IMG/VR virus record: IMGVR_UViG_3300009181_000033
Coordinates: 124,001 to 188,000 of that record
Strand: one strand, 5' to 3'
Length of the DNA: 64,000 nucleotides
Shown: positions 10,053 through 20,605 of the stretch, in pieces
How positions within the stretch are numbered: the first letter of the stretch is position 1
Layout of the letters: every line of letters begins with the position of its first letter
The notes under the pieces: generated by a model
Seen by the model: the letters and a program-made list of their open reading frames with translations, nothing else
Databases searched by the model: none
What the model was told of the DNA's origin: nothing
Position numbers and translations under genes: made by a program

Positions 10053-11635
10053 TTGAGCCTTACCTTAAGCAAAGTGCCTTGTTGTAGTGTTTCACATGAA
10101 ATATTGAAACCATGTTCATTTAGGATGGCAACACAAATGGAAAGACCAAGACCAGTGCCAGTTTCCTTCTGGCCTGCCCGACGCATATAAGGCTGAGAAT
10201 ATCTCATGAAATCCTCCTGAGACATGCCCCTGCCGTTATCTTGGATGCCGAGTGTGTTTTCATCAACCATAAATATGCGCACACATTTCGTTGGTGAATC
10301 ATTATATTTTAATCCATTGCGAATTAAATTATCTATCGCTGTGCAGAACAAAGACTCATTCACTTTTGCGTAAGAAAGCTGATCCACAGTAACTTGGTCC
10401 CTGTAAGCGATTAGACTTAAATAATCCATTAGCATCTTCCTTAAGTCACATCGTTCAATCTCTAAGGCCTTATCTTCCCTGACTAGGCTGGTGAACTCTT
10501 TGACGCCTTTGTAGACGCGCTGTGTATGTGCCAGACCTTCTTTCAGTAATTTTATTGGTGATTCTAGCTTGTATTTTTCAATGACTTCCTTGGGCAAACG
10601 TCGCTCTAAAGACGTAACGCCACGTGGCATATAGGTGTTGATCCCGCTGTGCATGTCATGTCGCAGAATTTTTGCGGCGTGTTCGAGATATGAATTCTTT
10701 TTGTTAAGTTCCTTTATTGACTCAACAATTTGTGTCACATCCTGGCGAACTGAGGAGTAACCCGTCAAATTTCCATTGGTGGGATTAAAGTGTGCCTTGA
10801 TGTATGTGTCGACATAATGAAGCCTTCCATTTTTTGACTTATTGGTCACCACTGCATGCCACACCTCACCCTCGTGTACCGTGGTGTGATACATGTCTTC
10901 CCAAAAATCTTTAGTGTGAAGGCCCGAGCTGACCACACTGTGATCCTTGCCTATCAAGTCTGACAATTTCCAGCCTGAAACATCAACAAATTTCTTGTTG
11001 GCATAGGTGATCTTTCCTTCTGCGTCTGCCTTTGAAAATAAAGTTGCCTGATCGACAAGTTCATTTTGTTCAACAAGGCCCTCTATCTCGAGTAGTTTTT
11101 TCTCGAGGCTTATTCCTTCCTTTACGGAATGTGCCATGGAATAGAGCGGGGCGAGGAGCTTTGCAAAATTAACTTCCTCCCTTGTCCAAATCCTTGGTTT
11201 GTAACTTTCTATGCAAATAACGCCCAAAACATTTCTGTGATAAATTATTGGAACATCCAACATTGACTTGACGCCTGAAGGATGAAGGTAATCTTGCACG
11301 AGGCACGACGTAGCTGGATGATGCTCGGCATCGTCAGCAACAATGACGGGGTCCACCGAGAGAAAATGAAAATAAGGCAAATATTTCCTCACTTCAATTT
11401 CATCACCTTGCCGAAAGCAATTTTCATTTTTGACGTACATTTGTTCGCATTCTATCGAACTCTTGTTTTTAGTGTACAGCCAAACGGAGGCTCTGTCGAT
11501 TTGTAGGACATGAGCAACTTCCTTGGTTAGAATCTTTGACCCTTCCGATGTTTTTCCTTCGTAAAATAGCTTATTTTGTGATTGACATACCAACAAGTCA
11601 GTCAGTTTGTTTTTGTAGCTTTTTGTAGGAGACAT
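10046..11635 (-). CDS. Cytoplasmic GAF-PAS sensor histidine kinase
   Basis: GAF (SMLDVPI...GVICIE), PAS (ITYANKKF...GEVWH), H-box LRHD, N-box DNLIRNGLKY, G1 DNGRG, G2 GTGLGL. Confidence 0.92.
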   Translation of the reverse strand: MSPTKSYKNKLTDLLVCQSQNKLFYEGKTSEGSKILTKEVAHVLQIDRASVWLYTKNKSSIECEQMYVKNENCFRQGDEIEVRKYLPYFHFLSVDPVIVADDAEHHPATSCLVQDYLHPSGVKSMLDVPIIYHRNVLGVICIESYKPRIWTREEVNFAKLLAPLYSMAHSVKEGISLEKKLLEIEGLVEQNELVDQATLFSKADAEGKITYANKKFVDVSGWKLSDLIGKDHSVVSSGLHTKDFWEDMYHTTVHEGEVWHAVVTNKSKNGRLHYVDTYIKAHFNPTNGNLTGYSSVRQDVTQIVESIKELNKKNSYLEHAAKILRHDMHSGINTYMPRGVTSLERRLPKEVIEKYKLESPIKLLKEGLAHTQRVYKGVKEFTSLVREDKALEIERCDLRKMLMDYLSLIAYRDQVTVDQLSYAKVNESLFCTAIDNLIRNGLKYNDSPTKCVRIFMVDENTLGIQDNGRGMSQEDFMRYSQPYMRRAGQKETGTGLGLSICVAILNEHGFNISCETLQQGTLLKVRLKC

Positions 11636-11678
11636 TTTGCCAACCTTTCATCGACGATAAGTCCCGCTAGTCTGCGAA

Positions 11679-11936
11679 TCACTGATCCTCAAACCAAGCT
11701 ATTGAGGCCAATGCTGCATCCACATCTGAAGAACCACCCCTCTGCGCCGCTATGGTGAGGGTATCGCCTGACGGTGACCCGGTGTTATTTGGAATGGAAC
11801 CATAGACAAATGAACCTTGTGCCGCTGGTGTCATGTTTGAAACGAGAGCGGTGCCAAATGGACCAGTTGAATTGGAATTTGTTCCGCCTCCATTTCCTGA
11901 TGCGCCTTTTTTTCCCAATGAAGTAAATCCTGACAT
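11679..11936 (-). CDS. Small Gly/Ser-rich hypothetical protein, possibly an internally deleted virion gene
   Basis: 85-aa ORF preceded by ATAGTTA. Confidence 0.5.
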   Translation of the reverse strand: MSGFTSLGKKGASGNGGGTNSNSTGPFGTALVSNMTPAAQGSFVYGSIPNNTGSPSGDTLTIAAQRGGSSDVDAALASIAWFEDQ

Positions 11937-11940
11937 GTTC

Positions 11941-11971
11941 TTAACTATTGTCTCAGGTCAACAATAGTTAA
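11941..11971. promoter_or_regulatory. Back-to-back ACAATAGTTAA motifs (candidate divergent late promoters)
   Basis: Perfect 11-bp inverted repeat, 11941-11951 and 11961-11971, each a few nt upstream of a divergent ATG. Confidence 0.6.
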
Positions 11972-11978
11972 TATCATC

Positions 11979-12377
11979 ATGTCTTTAAATTGGCCGGTAA
12001 GTGGGGAATACTCAGTGCCCGCATACCAAATGTCTTCTTTGCCTTATTTGTCCTCATCGATCATATCACAGGGTCAAATTCACAGGTACGACTTTCCCTA
12101 TGCAACAAAATTCATCAACATTGTTAACAGAGGTTCCTTGGCAAGCGATAAAATCGCTTTGGCATTCACTGAAAGAGGAATGCAAAAAACGGTGGGCAAT
12201 TACATCACCTTGGGCCAAGGCGACACTGTGCATGAAGACATAAGAACAACTGCCATGTTTGTATCATGTTCCTCAGGAACAGATGTTGATTACCAAATCT
12301 TCTGTGGTTTGACAAATATTCCCGCAAAATTCTTCACACAGATCACTGGTTCCAATGGTCATAGTGGAGTAGGTTGA
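11979..12377 (+). CDS. Hypothetical virion-type protein
   Basis: 132-aa beta-rich ORF (VPAYQMSSLPY...GLTNIP). Confidence 0.6.
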   Translation: MSLNWPVSGEYSVPAYQMSSLPYLSSSIISQGQIHRYDFPYATKFINIVNRGSLASDKIALAFTERGMQKTVGNYITLGQGDTVHEDIRTTAMFVSCSSGTDVDYQIFCGLTNIPAKFFTQITGSNGHSGVG

Positions 12378-12412
12378 TTTACACTTTTTAACGAAGGGAT
12401 ATATTTCAATTT

Positions 12413-12733
12413 ATGTCACTAGAATTAATAGATGATAGTTCGTATGAAGCTGTCATTAGGACAAGCGGTTTTGTAATAATCCAATTTGGGGCAACGTGGT
12501 GCGGTCCTTGCAAGTTAATATCTCCAATATTGCATGAATTATCGGACAAAAGAAGAGATGTGAAATTTTGTAAAGTAGACATCGATGAATCACCAATTTC
12601 TTCGTCGAAGATGAACATAAGAGCAGTGCCAACCGTAATCATTTACAAAGACGGAGCTGAAGTGAAAAGGGAAGTGGGCTCAATGTCAAAAAACAGACTA
12701 GAACAACTAATTAGCTACTGTTCGAACAACTAA
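12413..12733 (+). CDS. trxA: Thioredoxin
   Basis: WCGPC active site, KVDID, AVPT. Confidence 0.95.
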   Translation: MSLELIDDSSYEAVIRTSGFVIIQFGATWCGPCKLISPILHELSDKRRDVKFCKVDIDESPISSSKMNIRAVPTVIIYKDGAEVKREVGSMSKNRLEQLISYCSNN

Positions 12734-12738
12734 AAGAA

Positions 12739-12768
12739 GTGCAAAACTAGCATCGTGTGTGGCATAAT
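12739..12768 (+). promoter_or_regulatory. Sigma70-like promoter, leaderless class
   Basis: GTGCAA-18nt-CATAAT-6nt-ATG(12775). Confidence 0.6.
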
Positions 12769-12774
12769 CGCTTC

Positions 12775-13056
12775 ATGCTAGACGAGCCGAACCTTCTTGA
12801 AAGACATGTTGTTGTTCTAAGCGGCAAAGACACAATGCTGAAGGGCAATTTTTATGAAATCCAGTGTTCTAATGGCAGCATCATTGCTGTGGACAAGAGC
12901 CTTTGGAATTCATGGACGGGTATTAGGTACATGAATGGTGAAGAATACCATGGAACAGTTTTTGTGATGGGCACACAAAAACCATATGGTGGAACGAGAA
13001 TATGCACGTGCAACACATGCCAAAAAGACTGTGATTTTAAACGTCAGTTGAATTAG
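12775..13056 (+). CDS. Hypothetical protein with C-terminal Cys cluster
   Basis: ATG at 12775; CTCNTC near the C-terminus. Confidence 0.55.
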   Translation: MLDEPNLLERHVVVLSGKDTMLKGNFYEIQCSNGSIIAVDKSLWNSWTGIRYMNGEEYHGTVFVMGTQKPYGGTRICTCNTCQKDCDFKRQLN

Positions 13057-13373
13057 CGTTTTATGGGAGGGGTTGGAATAACGTTAAAGTCATTGGTGTA
13101 AATATCGGGTCCCACGTGGGGATTTTCGGAAGTGGGAGGAACAGGACCCCAACAATCTTCTTCGTCATAAAGAGGATCCCTGAGATGACCAGCTATTTCG
13201 TCTGGTTCATCCTTGTCTTTCACGGATATTCTTCCGATTTGTTCTCTGTCAGACATGCTGGGTCCCATAGGATTACGCCCCATGGGACGACTTGGTATTG
13301 TAGTAGCACCACCGGCTTCAATTAAGATCATTTTTCTAATAATTGATCTAAATTCTGATAGCTTCATCGACAT
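13053..13373 (-). CDS. Hypothetical protein with N-terminal amphipathic tag
   Basis: MKLSEFRSIIRKMILIEA followed by an acidic, Pro-rich region. Confidence 0.65.
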   Translation of the reverse strand: MSMKLSEFRSIIRKMILIEAGGATTIPSRPMGRNPMGPSMSDREQIGRISVKDKDEPDEIAGHLRDPLYDEEDCWGPVPPTSENPHVGPDIYTNDFNVIPTPPIKR

Positions 13374-13376
13374 GTG

Positions 13377-14429
13377 TCAAAACCTCATTCCATAATAATA
13401 TCTAAAATAATTTTCTAATCTCAACTGTTCTGTTTCATTTGCCCAATAAGGCAACATTAAAAATGACGCAAGATACATTCCATTTGCGCCGGTTCCTGCC
13501 GTTGTATTATTTGAACCAATTGTTATTTGTTGGTTAATGGGAAAAACTATTGTTGGCGATACCGAAAATGTTCCCCATGTGTTAGTAACCAATGTGTGTT
13601 GAAACTTTCCATTAACGTAAAGCTCTTGTTCACTACCCAGGCCCTTTTGTGGCGCTTGATTTGGATCTAACAAACTCATTTTCATTGTAACTAAAATCCA
13701 ATCATTCAATTCCGGCAAATTTGTTGTGTCATATGAACTTGTTCGAATAGCACCACCAACATTTCCATAAACGATTAATCTCAATGTGTCTGTTGGTGTA
13801 ACTGCTTGCGTGTTAAAAATCATTCCGCCAGGCTGAGTTGAACTATCTAAGGTGAATAATGTTTTTGATGCTATTTCTTTTGATTTCAAAACCATCATCA
13901 CAGTAACTGATGGCGTTTTTGTTCCGCTTGGATTAATTGGAGCATATTCAAGCCTTGAATATCCAGAAGTGCCTGCAACCAACCATGTGGATAACCATGG
14001 TGCAACGCTAGAACCACTTGAGCCTCCAAAGTCTAAATACTTGTGAGAGCCCAATAGGCCTGTTTTTATATATGGTCTATTTGTTGCGCTACCATTTGAA
14101 CCAAGAATGACTTTTGTGCCAGAATGTGTTATTGTTGGAAAATTTGTTGCTGAAACCAAGCCTGTTGCAACCCATTTTGTTTCCAAGTCGGCTATGTCAG
14201 GAAGATAAGTGTAAGTGCCATCTTCTAGTGCTGAATCTGCATTCGCATAAATCCACGGTGTTTTAAAGCCTGAGAGTGAGGCAGGGTCCTGAATTTTGCC
14301 CTTATTTGTCGAATCTTCCTTTAACCCTCCCTTAAGCCCAGATTGCAATATTGCATAAATTGTCCCAGATTTGACACCTTGCATCAAACCTTGAGTCAGG
14401 CCTCTTTTTAATCCGCTGGGAGAGGTCAC
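13377..14429 (-). CDS. Virion protein with a probable ConA/LamG-like domain
   Basis: Beta-rich; ELYVNG and LENYFRYYYG end; GLxxG repeats at the N-terminus. Confidence 0.55.
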   Translation of the reverse strand: MTSPSGLKRGLTQGLMQGVKSGTIYAILQSGLKGGLKEDSTNKGKIQDPASLSGFKTPWIYANADSALEDGTYTYLPDIADLETKWVATGLVSATNFPTITHSGTKVILGSNGSATNRPYIKTGLLGSHKYLDFGGSSGSSVAPWLSTWLVAGTSGYSRLEYAPINPSGTKTPSVTVMMVLKSKEIASKTLFTLDSSTQPGGMIFNTQAVTPTDTLRLIVYGNVGGAIRTSSYDTTNLPELNDWILVTMKMSLLDPNQAPQKGLGSEQELYVNGKFQHTLVTNTWGTFSVSPTIVFPINQQITIGSNNTTAGTGANGMYLASFLMLPYWANETEQLRLENYFRYYYGMRF

Positions 14430-14818
14430 GCGTAAGTCTCACCAAATATCATAAAAGAACCAGTTGAATTTACCACGCTAGATAATTGAGCTGTAATGGT
14501 ATGACCTGCAGGTACGTTATAGTAAGGCACGCCATTTGCATCTTTTAATTTTTGAAACACAGCTGCTCCCGCTGAAGCTCCAAAAACATCGTTTGCTGAA
14601 GCAGCTGTTGAGGTAAATGAAAAAAATGCCTGGGCTGTTCCACCAAATGTGCCAGAGACAGTCAGTGTTGGTGTGCCTGTGTTTATAAAACAGGAAATCC
14701 CATATAATCTACGATGGTTGGTTGGGTCGGAAGTCAATATGGTTTGTGCAACGTTGTTTGCGTTGACTAACGTCCCTGAAGCAAACGGAGCTGATGTGAA
14801 TGTTAATGAAGTAGCCAT
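14426..14818 (-). CDS. Hypothetical virion protein
   Basis: 130-aa Ala/Thr/Ser-rich ORF in an operon with the fibre gene. Confidence 0.6.
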   Translation of the reverse strand: MATSLTFTSAPFASGTLVNANNVAQTILTSDPTNHRRLYGISCFINTGTPTLTVSGTFGGTAQAFFSFTSTAASANDVFGASAGAAVFQKLKDANGVPYYNVPAGHTITAQLSSVVNSTGSFMIFGETYA

Positions 14819-14832
14819 TTTTCCTCAATGTG

Positions 14833-17800
14833 TTATGTGTTGTTTGCCAAATACAACAACACTGATTGTAATATGACATCTGTATTAGTTAATGGTGTTG
14901 TAGAGCCCGCAATTGAACTACTTATAATGAGGGAACCAGTGATCTGAACACTAGAGTTCTCAATTCTCAAAATATCACTACGAAGTGAATTGTCATCGCC
15001 AGTTCCATTGCCAATTACAAAGAGCGAGAAGTCATTTCCTCTTTGATTGTACTTGCCCAGAACAGTCTGACCACTACCAGAGGCTATCGTATAGATGCCA
15101 CCAGCAAATGAGTAGGTGCCACTGGCAACAGTGTTCTGTCCTTGAGCATGTGAGTAATTGGCACTGCCCGTTGTAAACAATCCTTCAGCATGTGATCCAA
15201 CACCCAAGGCAAGAGTATTTTGACCTTCAGCATGTGATCTGGAACCTGAAGATGTTGTCCCACTTCCCTCAGCATGGGAGTATTGACCTGACGCAGTCGT
15301 GCTGAGCCCTTCTGCATGTGCTCCTTGGTTTGACGCAGTTGTTGTCTGACCTTCAGCATGGGAGCGGTTACCTGATGCTGTTGTTTGGTATCCTTCGGCA
15401 TGGGAGTATTGACCTGATGCTGTACTGCCATTGCCTTCTGCATGGGAATAGATTCCTGATGCTGTTGTTTGGTATCCTTCGGTGTGGGATGCAACACCTG
15501 ATGCTATGCTTCCATTGCCTTCTGCATGGGAGTATTGACCTGATGCTGTACTGCCATTTCCTTCTGCATGGGAATAATCGTTACTTCCTATTGTGTAATA
15601 TCCTTCTGCATGTGATGCATACCCTGATGCAAGTGATCCTTCACCTTCTGCGTGTGCATAATCAAAAGATCCCGTTGTACGTGTACCTTGAGCGTGAGAA
15701 TATGGACCTGAAGCTAGGCTGAAGGCACCTTCTGCGTGGGCTCCGCTGTTGGTCGCACTTGTTAGATAACCTTCAGCATGAGAACCTTGCCCTGATGCTG
15801 TTGTTAAGACACCTTCAGCATGAGCTCCGGTGTTGCTTGCCGAAGAAGATGAACCTTCCGCGTGGGAATATTGACCGGTAGCAATGTTGTTTGAATTGCC
15901 CTGAGCTAGTGAACCCGTTATCTCGAGACGGTCGAAGCCAACAGAAACTCCTCGCTCGATTCTTACAACATCTCTTCTGGATGCATCTGCATCACCAGTG
16001 CCTGTTCCAATCACAAAGAGAGATGTATTATTATTTCTTTTATTATATCCACCAAAAACTGTCTGTCCACTGCCAGAGGCTATCGTATAGATGCCACCAG
16101 CAAATGAGTAGGTGCCACTGGCGACAGTGTTCTGTCCTTGAGCATGTGAGTAATCGGCACTGCCTGTTGCAAACAATCCTTCAGCATGTGATCCAACACC
16201 CAAGGCAAGAGTATTTTCACCTTCTGCATGTGAACCATTTCCTAGCACAGTTGTTGAAATACCTTCAGCATGAGAATAATTGCTCTGAACAGTGGACTCA
16301 TATCCTTGGGAAAAAGAACCCAATCCCAATGTTTTGCTCGAAGGCCTTCCTACAGACAGAGAGCCACTGATTACAACGTCACCACCAAACAAAGATTTTC
16401 TATTGCCAGCATCAGATCCAGACAATGATCCACTAACATAGAAAAACACATCTGTTCCTTTTTGAATAGGAGAATCAATGCTTTCACTCCCTCTTATGGC
16501 AACTGAGCCAGTCGCATAAATAGAACCATTGGTTGTGCTAGAAAAATACTGGGAAGCAGCTGGTGCAGCGATTGTAACAGAACCGTTAGAACCCGAAGTA
16601 ATTGTTATATTCGTCCCAGCAACAAGATATGAAGTGCCGTCAGAGAGGTGAGTTAAAGAGCCCGATAATCCCTGCGGAAATTTTGTTTGCCCAGATAAAG
16701 TGTTCGTTCCTAAGACATTTCCAACATTTAATGCTGTAGATGCCCCACCTGCAAAATTAACTGTCGTTGCATTTGCGTTAATTACGTTAAACGTTGTAGA
16801 AGTTGTGGTAATCGCATTGTTATTTACCGCCAAATCACCTGCTAACGTCAAATCCTGTATCGACTTGGTGTTCTTCCAATTGTCTGTCGCAGAACTGTAT
16901 ACTAAAAGATCACCATTCGCAAGAGTTGAAAGAGCAACATCACCCAACTGACTTAGTTTGACAGGTATTGTTCCTTGTCCAGATGAACTCACACCACCAA
17001 CCAACCTAAATAAACCTGCTTGCTTTATTGATGATTTTGCCGCGTCTGTTAAAGACGTACAATCCTGGGCCACGACAATATGTGCACAAAGAATACCATT
17101 AATTGCCGTGTTAGGTGCCTCAGTAAATGCCTCAGTACCAACACCATTTTCAGCATCAATAAGTGTTTGATAAGACTTATTTCCGTAATATACTATAAAC
17201 GCATTTGTTGGTGAGTTGGGAATCCAAAACACCCTTTGAATTGAAAATTCATTGTTAGGAACATTTACAAGCGTCCCATTTCCATTAACATATTTCGTCG
17301 GATCTAGAACCGTATAACCGGCATTTGCAACACCGGTATTAACAACCGGCGTAGAACCCGACATGTAATATCGATAAATCTTTGAAACCGTTATTGGGTT
17401 TGATTCTATGACCGTAGAGGGGTGATTTGGATTAATGGTGTAATTGGCACCCGCCTTATAAGCACTACCAGCAGTTTTGGTAATTGATAATGTTGAACCA
17501 GACGCCTCGATGGTGTGTCCTGATATCTTTAAGGGTCCAAAGGCACGTATAAAATCATCATTTTGTTGATCTAAACCATAAGAAATTTGAGGTGAATTAA
17601 AAACACCATTAGAAACATTTCCTGAAAGGTGCAAAACAACCCCTAAATTAATGGCAGTATCCCACTGGGTTATATCTAAAGATCCCCAAGGCGTAGGTTG
17701 TTGTATGATTTGACCCGTATTATCTATGCCAACATACGTAATCTTTGCAGACGCGGAATACAACAGTGATATGTTAGATGTTGTCGGCCATTGTACGTAT

Positions 17801-19923
17801 TTGATTGTTGGGTACGGTGCAGAACTAGTTGATGCATTCATTGAAACAATAATGCCTTCACCACCCAACACACCAAAAGTAGTTCCTCCCAGAGACGTAG
17901 ACAAGATTCCTCCGTGGAGAAGGCCTGTGCTTAACGTACTTTCCAACCAACGAAGTCGAGTTGTGTTAGTAAAATCAGTTCCCGGCGCATACTGGGTAAA
18001 GTACATGTCATTGGTGGAACCCGAAGTATAAATGTAAGATGCACTTTGGTTCGTTGGAATTCTAAGAGATCCTACTGGTTTCATCTGAAAATAGTCAGAT
18101 ACACCAAATGCGCCTGATATGAAAGTATCACCACCAAATAATATTGACGGTTGATCTGCCCCTAATGTTGAAAGTGCACCGGAAACATAAAAAGATGTAT
18201 TAGGATTAATATCAAAAGGTGAATCAATTCCTGTTTTGTTTCCTATGAATGCAGCAGATCCTGTAGTGAATATCGAGCCGGCTGTTGTGCTCGTGAAAAA
18301 AGAATCGCCTGTAATCCCTTGATATCCTTGGACTCCTGTTATTCCTTGAGCTCCCTGAACTCCTTGGGTACCTTGAAAACCTTGATTTCCTTGGTTTCCT
18401 TGGGTGCCCTGGCTGCCTTGATTACCTTGAAAACCTTGAAAACCTTGAGAACCTTGTATGCCTTGGTCTCCTTGGGCTCCTTGGGTGCCCTGAGAACCGA
18501 TCATCCCCTGGAAGCCTTGGGTGCCTTGGAAGCCTTGAGAACCCTGTGAGCCTTGGAAGCCTTGAGAGCCCTGTGAGCCTTGGTCACCCTGTAAACCTTG
18601 GTCGCCTTGGAAGCCTTGGTCACCCTGTAAACCTTGGTCGCCTTGGAAGCCTTGGTCACCCTGTGAACCTTGGTCGCCTTGGTTACCTTGGAAGCCTTGG
18701 TCACCCTGTGAACCTTGATCGCCTTGGAAGCCTTGTCCTTGGAAGCCTTGAGAACCCTGTGAACCTTGGTCACCTTGGAAGCCTTGGTCACCTTGGAAGC
18801 CTTGTCCTTGGAAGCCTTGGTCACCCTGTGAACCTTGATCACCTTGGAAGCCTTGGTCGCCTTGGAAGCCTTGAGAACCTTGGAAGCCTTGAGAACCTTG
18901 GTCACCTTGTGAACCTTGGAAGCCTTGAGAGCCTTGGTCACCTTGTGAACCTTGGAAGCCTTGTCCTTGGAAGCCTTGGTCACCTTGTGAACCTTGGAAG
19001 CCTTGGTCGCCTTGTGAACCTTGGAAGCCTTGTCCTTGGAAGCCTTGGTCACCTTGTGAGCCTTGATCGCCTTGGAAGCCTTGGTCACCTTGTGAGCCTT
19101 GATCGCCTTGGAAGCCTTGAGAACCCTGTGAACCTTGGTCACCTTGGAAGCCTTGGTCACCTTGGAAACCTTGGAAGCCTTGGTCGCCCTGTGAACCTTG
19201 GAAGCCTTGAGAGCCCTGTGAGCCTTGGAAGCCTTGGAAGCCTTGAGAGCCTTGGTCACCTTGGAAGCCTTGAGAACCCTGGTCGCCCTGTGAACCTTGG
19301 TCGCCTTGGTCACCCTTCAGGCCCTGGGTCCCCTGGAATCCCTGGTTTCCTTGTGATCCTACTTCACCTTGAGGCCCTTGGGCTCCTTGATGTCCCTGGA
19401 ACCCTTGGTCTCCCTTCGAGCCTTGGAAGCCTTGGTCACCCTTGAAACCCTGAAATCCTTGGTCTCCCTTTAGGCCCTGATAGCCTTGGTCACCCTTCAA
19501 TCCCTGATAACCCTGGTGACCCTGGTTACCTTGATGGCCTTGGAGACCCTGGAGACCTTGGAGACCTTGGAGACCTTGGTAACCTTGTGTTCCTTGAACA
19601 CCTTGATAGCCTTGTGCACCTTGATAGCCTGCACCTTGGGCACCTTGATACCCTTGTTCTCCTTGAAAACCTTGTGTGCCTTGTTGACCCTGTGGCCCAA
19701 AATCACCAATATCACCTTGATATCCTTGGTAGCCTTGATATCCTTGGTAGCCTTGATATCCTTGGTAACCTTGATATCCTTGGTAACCTTGGGCTCCTTG
19801 GGCTCCTTGGGCTCCTTGGGCTCCTTGGGCTCCTTGGGCCCCTTGGGCTCCTGAACCGCCGCCATGTCCGCTAGCTCTAATTACGATTGAGCCATTTCCT
19901 TGTCCCGAAAATGAAACGGTCAT
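14833..19923 (-). CDS. Long collagen-like tail fibre/adhesin with YadA-like head repeats
   Basis: About 515 aa of G-X-Q triplets, a globular middle region, then many 14-aa ASGxxSHAEG repeats; AGGAGA RBS before ATG at 19923. Confidence 0.85.
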   Translation of the reverse strand: MTVSFSGQGNGSIVIRASGHGGGSGAQGAQGAQGAQGAQGAQGAQGYQGYQGYQGYQGYQGYQGYQGYQGDIGDFGPQGQQGTQGFQGEQGYQGAQGAGYQGAQGYQGVQGTQGYQGLQGLQGLQGLQGHQGNQGHQGYQGLKGDQGYQGLKGDQGFQGFKGDQGFQGSKGDQGFQGHQGAQGPQGEVGSQGNQGFQGTQGLKGDQGDQGSQGDQGSQGFQGDQGSQGFQGFQGSQGSQGFQGSQGDQGFQGFQGDQGFQGDQGSQGSQGFQGDQGSQGDQGFQGDQGSQGDQGFQGQGFQGSQGDQGFQGSQGDQGFQGQGFQGSQGDQGSQGFQGSQGDQGSQGFQGSQGFQGDQGFQGDQGSQGDQGFQGQGFQGDQGFQGDQGSQGSQGFQGQGFQGDQGSQGDQGFQGNQGDQGSQGDQGFQGDQGLQGDQGFQGDQGLQGDQGSQGSQGFQGSQGSQGFQGTQGFQGMIGSQGTQGAQGDQGIQGSQGFQGFQGNQGSQGTQGNQGNQGFQGTQGVQGAQGITGVQGYQGITGDSFFTSTTAGSIFTTGSAAFIGNKTGIDSPFDINPNTSFYVSGALSTLGADQPSILFGGDTFISGAFGVSDYFQMKPVGSLRIPTNQSASYIYTSGSTNDMYFTQYAPGTDFTNTTRLRWLESTLSTGLLHGGILSTSLGGTTFGVLGGEGIIVSMNASTSSAPYPTIKYVQWPTTSNISLLYSASAKITYVGIDNTGQIIQQPTPWGSLDITQWDTAINLGVVLHLSGNVSNGVFNSPQISYGLDQQNDDFIRAFGPLKISGHTIEASGSTLSITKTAGSAYKAGANYTINPNHPSTVIESNPITVSKIYRYYMSGSTPVVNTGVANAGYTVLDPTKYVNGNGTLVNVPNNEFSIQRVFWIPNSPTNAFIVYYGNKSYQTLIDAENGVGTEAFTEAPNTAINGILCAHIVVAQDCTSLTDAAKSSIKQAGLFRLVGGVSSSGQGTIPVKLSQLGDVALSTLANGDLLVYSSATDNWKNTKSIQDLTLAGDLAVNNNAITTTSTTFNVINANATTVNFAGGASTALNVGNVLGTNTLSGQTKFPQGLSGSLTHLSDGTSYLVAGTNITITSGSNGSVTIAAPAASQYFSSTTNGSIYATGSVAIRGSESIDSPIQKGTDVFFYVSGSLSGSDAGNRKSLFGGDVVISGSLSVGRPSSKTLGLGSFSQGYESTVQSNYSHAEGISTTVLGNGSHAEGENTLALGVGSHAEGLFATGSADYSHAQGQNTVASGTYSFAGGIYTIASGSGQTVFGGYNKRNNNTSLFVIGTGTGDADASRRDVVRIERGVSVGFDRLEITGSLAQGNSNNIATGQYSHAEGSSSSASNTGAHAEGVLTTASGQGSHAEGYLTSATNSGAHAEGAFSLASGPYSHAQGTRTTGSFDYAHAEGEGSLASGYASHAEGYYTIGSNDYSHAEGNGSTASGQYSHAEGNGSIASGVASHTEGYQTTASGIYSHAEGNGSTASGQYSHAEGYQTTASGNRSHAEGQTTTASNQGAHAEGLSTTASGQYSHAEGSGTTSSGSRSHAEGQNTLALGVGSHAEGLFTTGSANYSHAQGQNTVASGTYSFAGGIYTIASGSGQTVLGKYNQRGNDFSLFVIGNGTGDDNSLRSDILRIENSSVQITGSLIISSSIAGSTTPLTNTDVILQSVLLYLANNT
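15065..15237. repeat. Direct repeat copy 1 (173 bp) within the fibre gene
   Basis: Near-identical to 16061-16233 at a 996-nt offset. Confidence 0.85.
16061..16233. repeat. Direct repeat copy 2 (173 bp) within the fibre gene
   Basis: Near-identical to 15065-15237. Confidence 0.85.
18304..19851 (-). repeat. 9-bp-period coding tandem repeat (collagen G-X-Q)
   Basis: Units such as ccttggaag, ccttggtca and ccttgggct encode GFQ, GDQ and GAQ. Confidence 0.95.
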
Positions 19924-20019
19924 GGTGTCTCCTGTAAACAAGCATCAAAAAGAAACAAAGTATTAGGCATATCATCGTTAAATATTCGCCAACAGCAGAA
20001 AAAGACAAATTATAAATGT

Positions 20020-20050
20020 GAAAGCCAGGCTTTCGGCCTGGCTTTCTTTT
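20020..20050. terminator. Intrinsic terminator hairpin downstream of infA
   Basis: gaaagccaggc-tttcg-gcctggctttc with A/T-rich flanks. Confidence 0.75.
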
Positions 20051-20154
20051 AGTCATTGTTTTCTTTTTGTTTTTCTTTTTTAACGCCTGAAGCAAAAGTG
20101 CTGTTCAACATGGCAATAAACGATAAAATCAAAAAGAAAGTTAAATATGGGTGT

Positions 20155-20433
20155 TCAATCGACCACTCTTTCATTTTGCTGTTTTCTCCACATTATTCTT
20201 CCGCGGCTCGTATCGTAAGGTGAAACTTCTATTGCGACAAAATCACCTGGCAAAATATGGATATGATTCTGTCTTAGTTTTCCTGAAAGTGTTGTCAAAA
20301 CAACATTCCCGCCATCTATTCTTACTTTGAATAATGTTCCAGGTAGTGCCTCTTCAACAACACCATGCAGTTCCATTCTATCATCTCTTTCAAGAATTTG
20401 CTTTTGAACACTATTCTTCTTCTTCTTCGACAT
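20155..20433 (-). CDS. infA: Translation initiation factor IF-1
   Basis: GVVEEALPGTLFKV...SGKLRQNHIHILPGDFVAIEVSPYDTSRGRI; Lys-rich N-terminal extension. Confidence 0.95.
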   Translation of the reverse strand: MSKKKKNSVQKQILERDDRMELHGVVEEALPGTLFKVRIDGGNVVLTTLSGKLRQNHIHILPGDFVAIEVSPYDTSRGRIMWRKQQNERVVD

Positions 20434-20605
20434 TTTCCTTCTTTTTTCCTTCTTTCTTTTTTTCGTCACCTAAGCCTGGTGGTGTTATCTCTGTTCCACT
20501 CGAAGCGGTACCGCTTAACCCGCCAGGATAAAAGCCTGCAGATAACCTGAGATTCCTCTGAATCTCTTCACGTATCATTATTTTTAATAGAGACAAGGTT
20601 GACAT
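20411..20605 (-). CDS. Small hypothetical protein with N-terminal amphipathic tag
   Basis: MSTLSLLKIMIREEI and a charged tail. Confidence 0.5.
   Translation of the reverse strand: MSTLSLLKIMIREEIQRNLRLSAGFYPGGLSGTASSGTEITPPGLGDEKKKEGKKKENVEEEEE

Noticed and set aside
15065-16233. Diversity-generating retroelement TR/VR pair
   Set aside because: Mismatches are not confined to adenines of one copy, both copies are coding, and no reverse transcriptase is in the window.
18304-19851. CRISPR array
   Set aside because: Contiguous coding triplet repeats without unique spacers; no cas genes.
18319-19874. Long alternative-frame and antisense ORFs over the collagen region
   Set aside because: By-products of the 9-bp repeat lacking stops.
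19942-20154. tRNA or structured ncRNA in the intergenic gap
   Set aside because: Only a terminator-like hairpin and A/T tracts; no cloverleaf seen.
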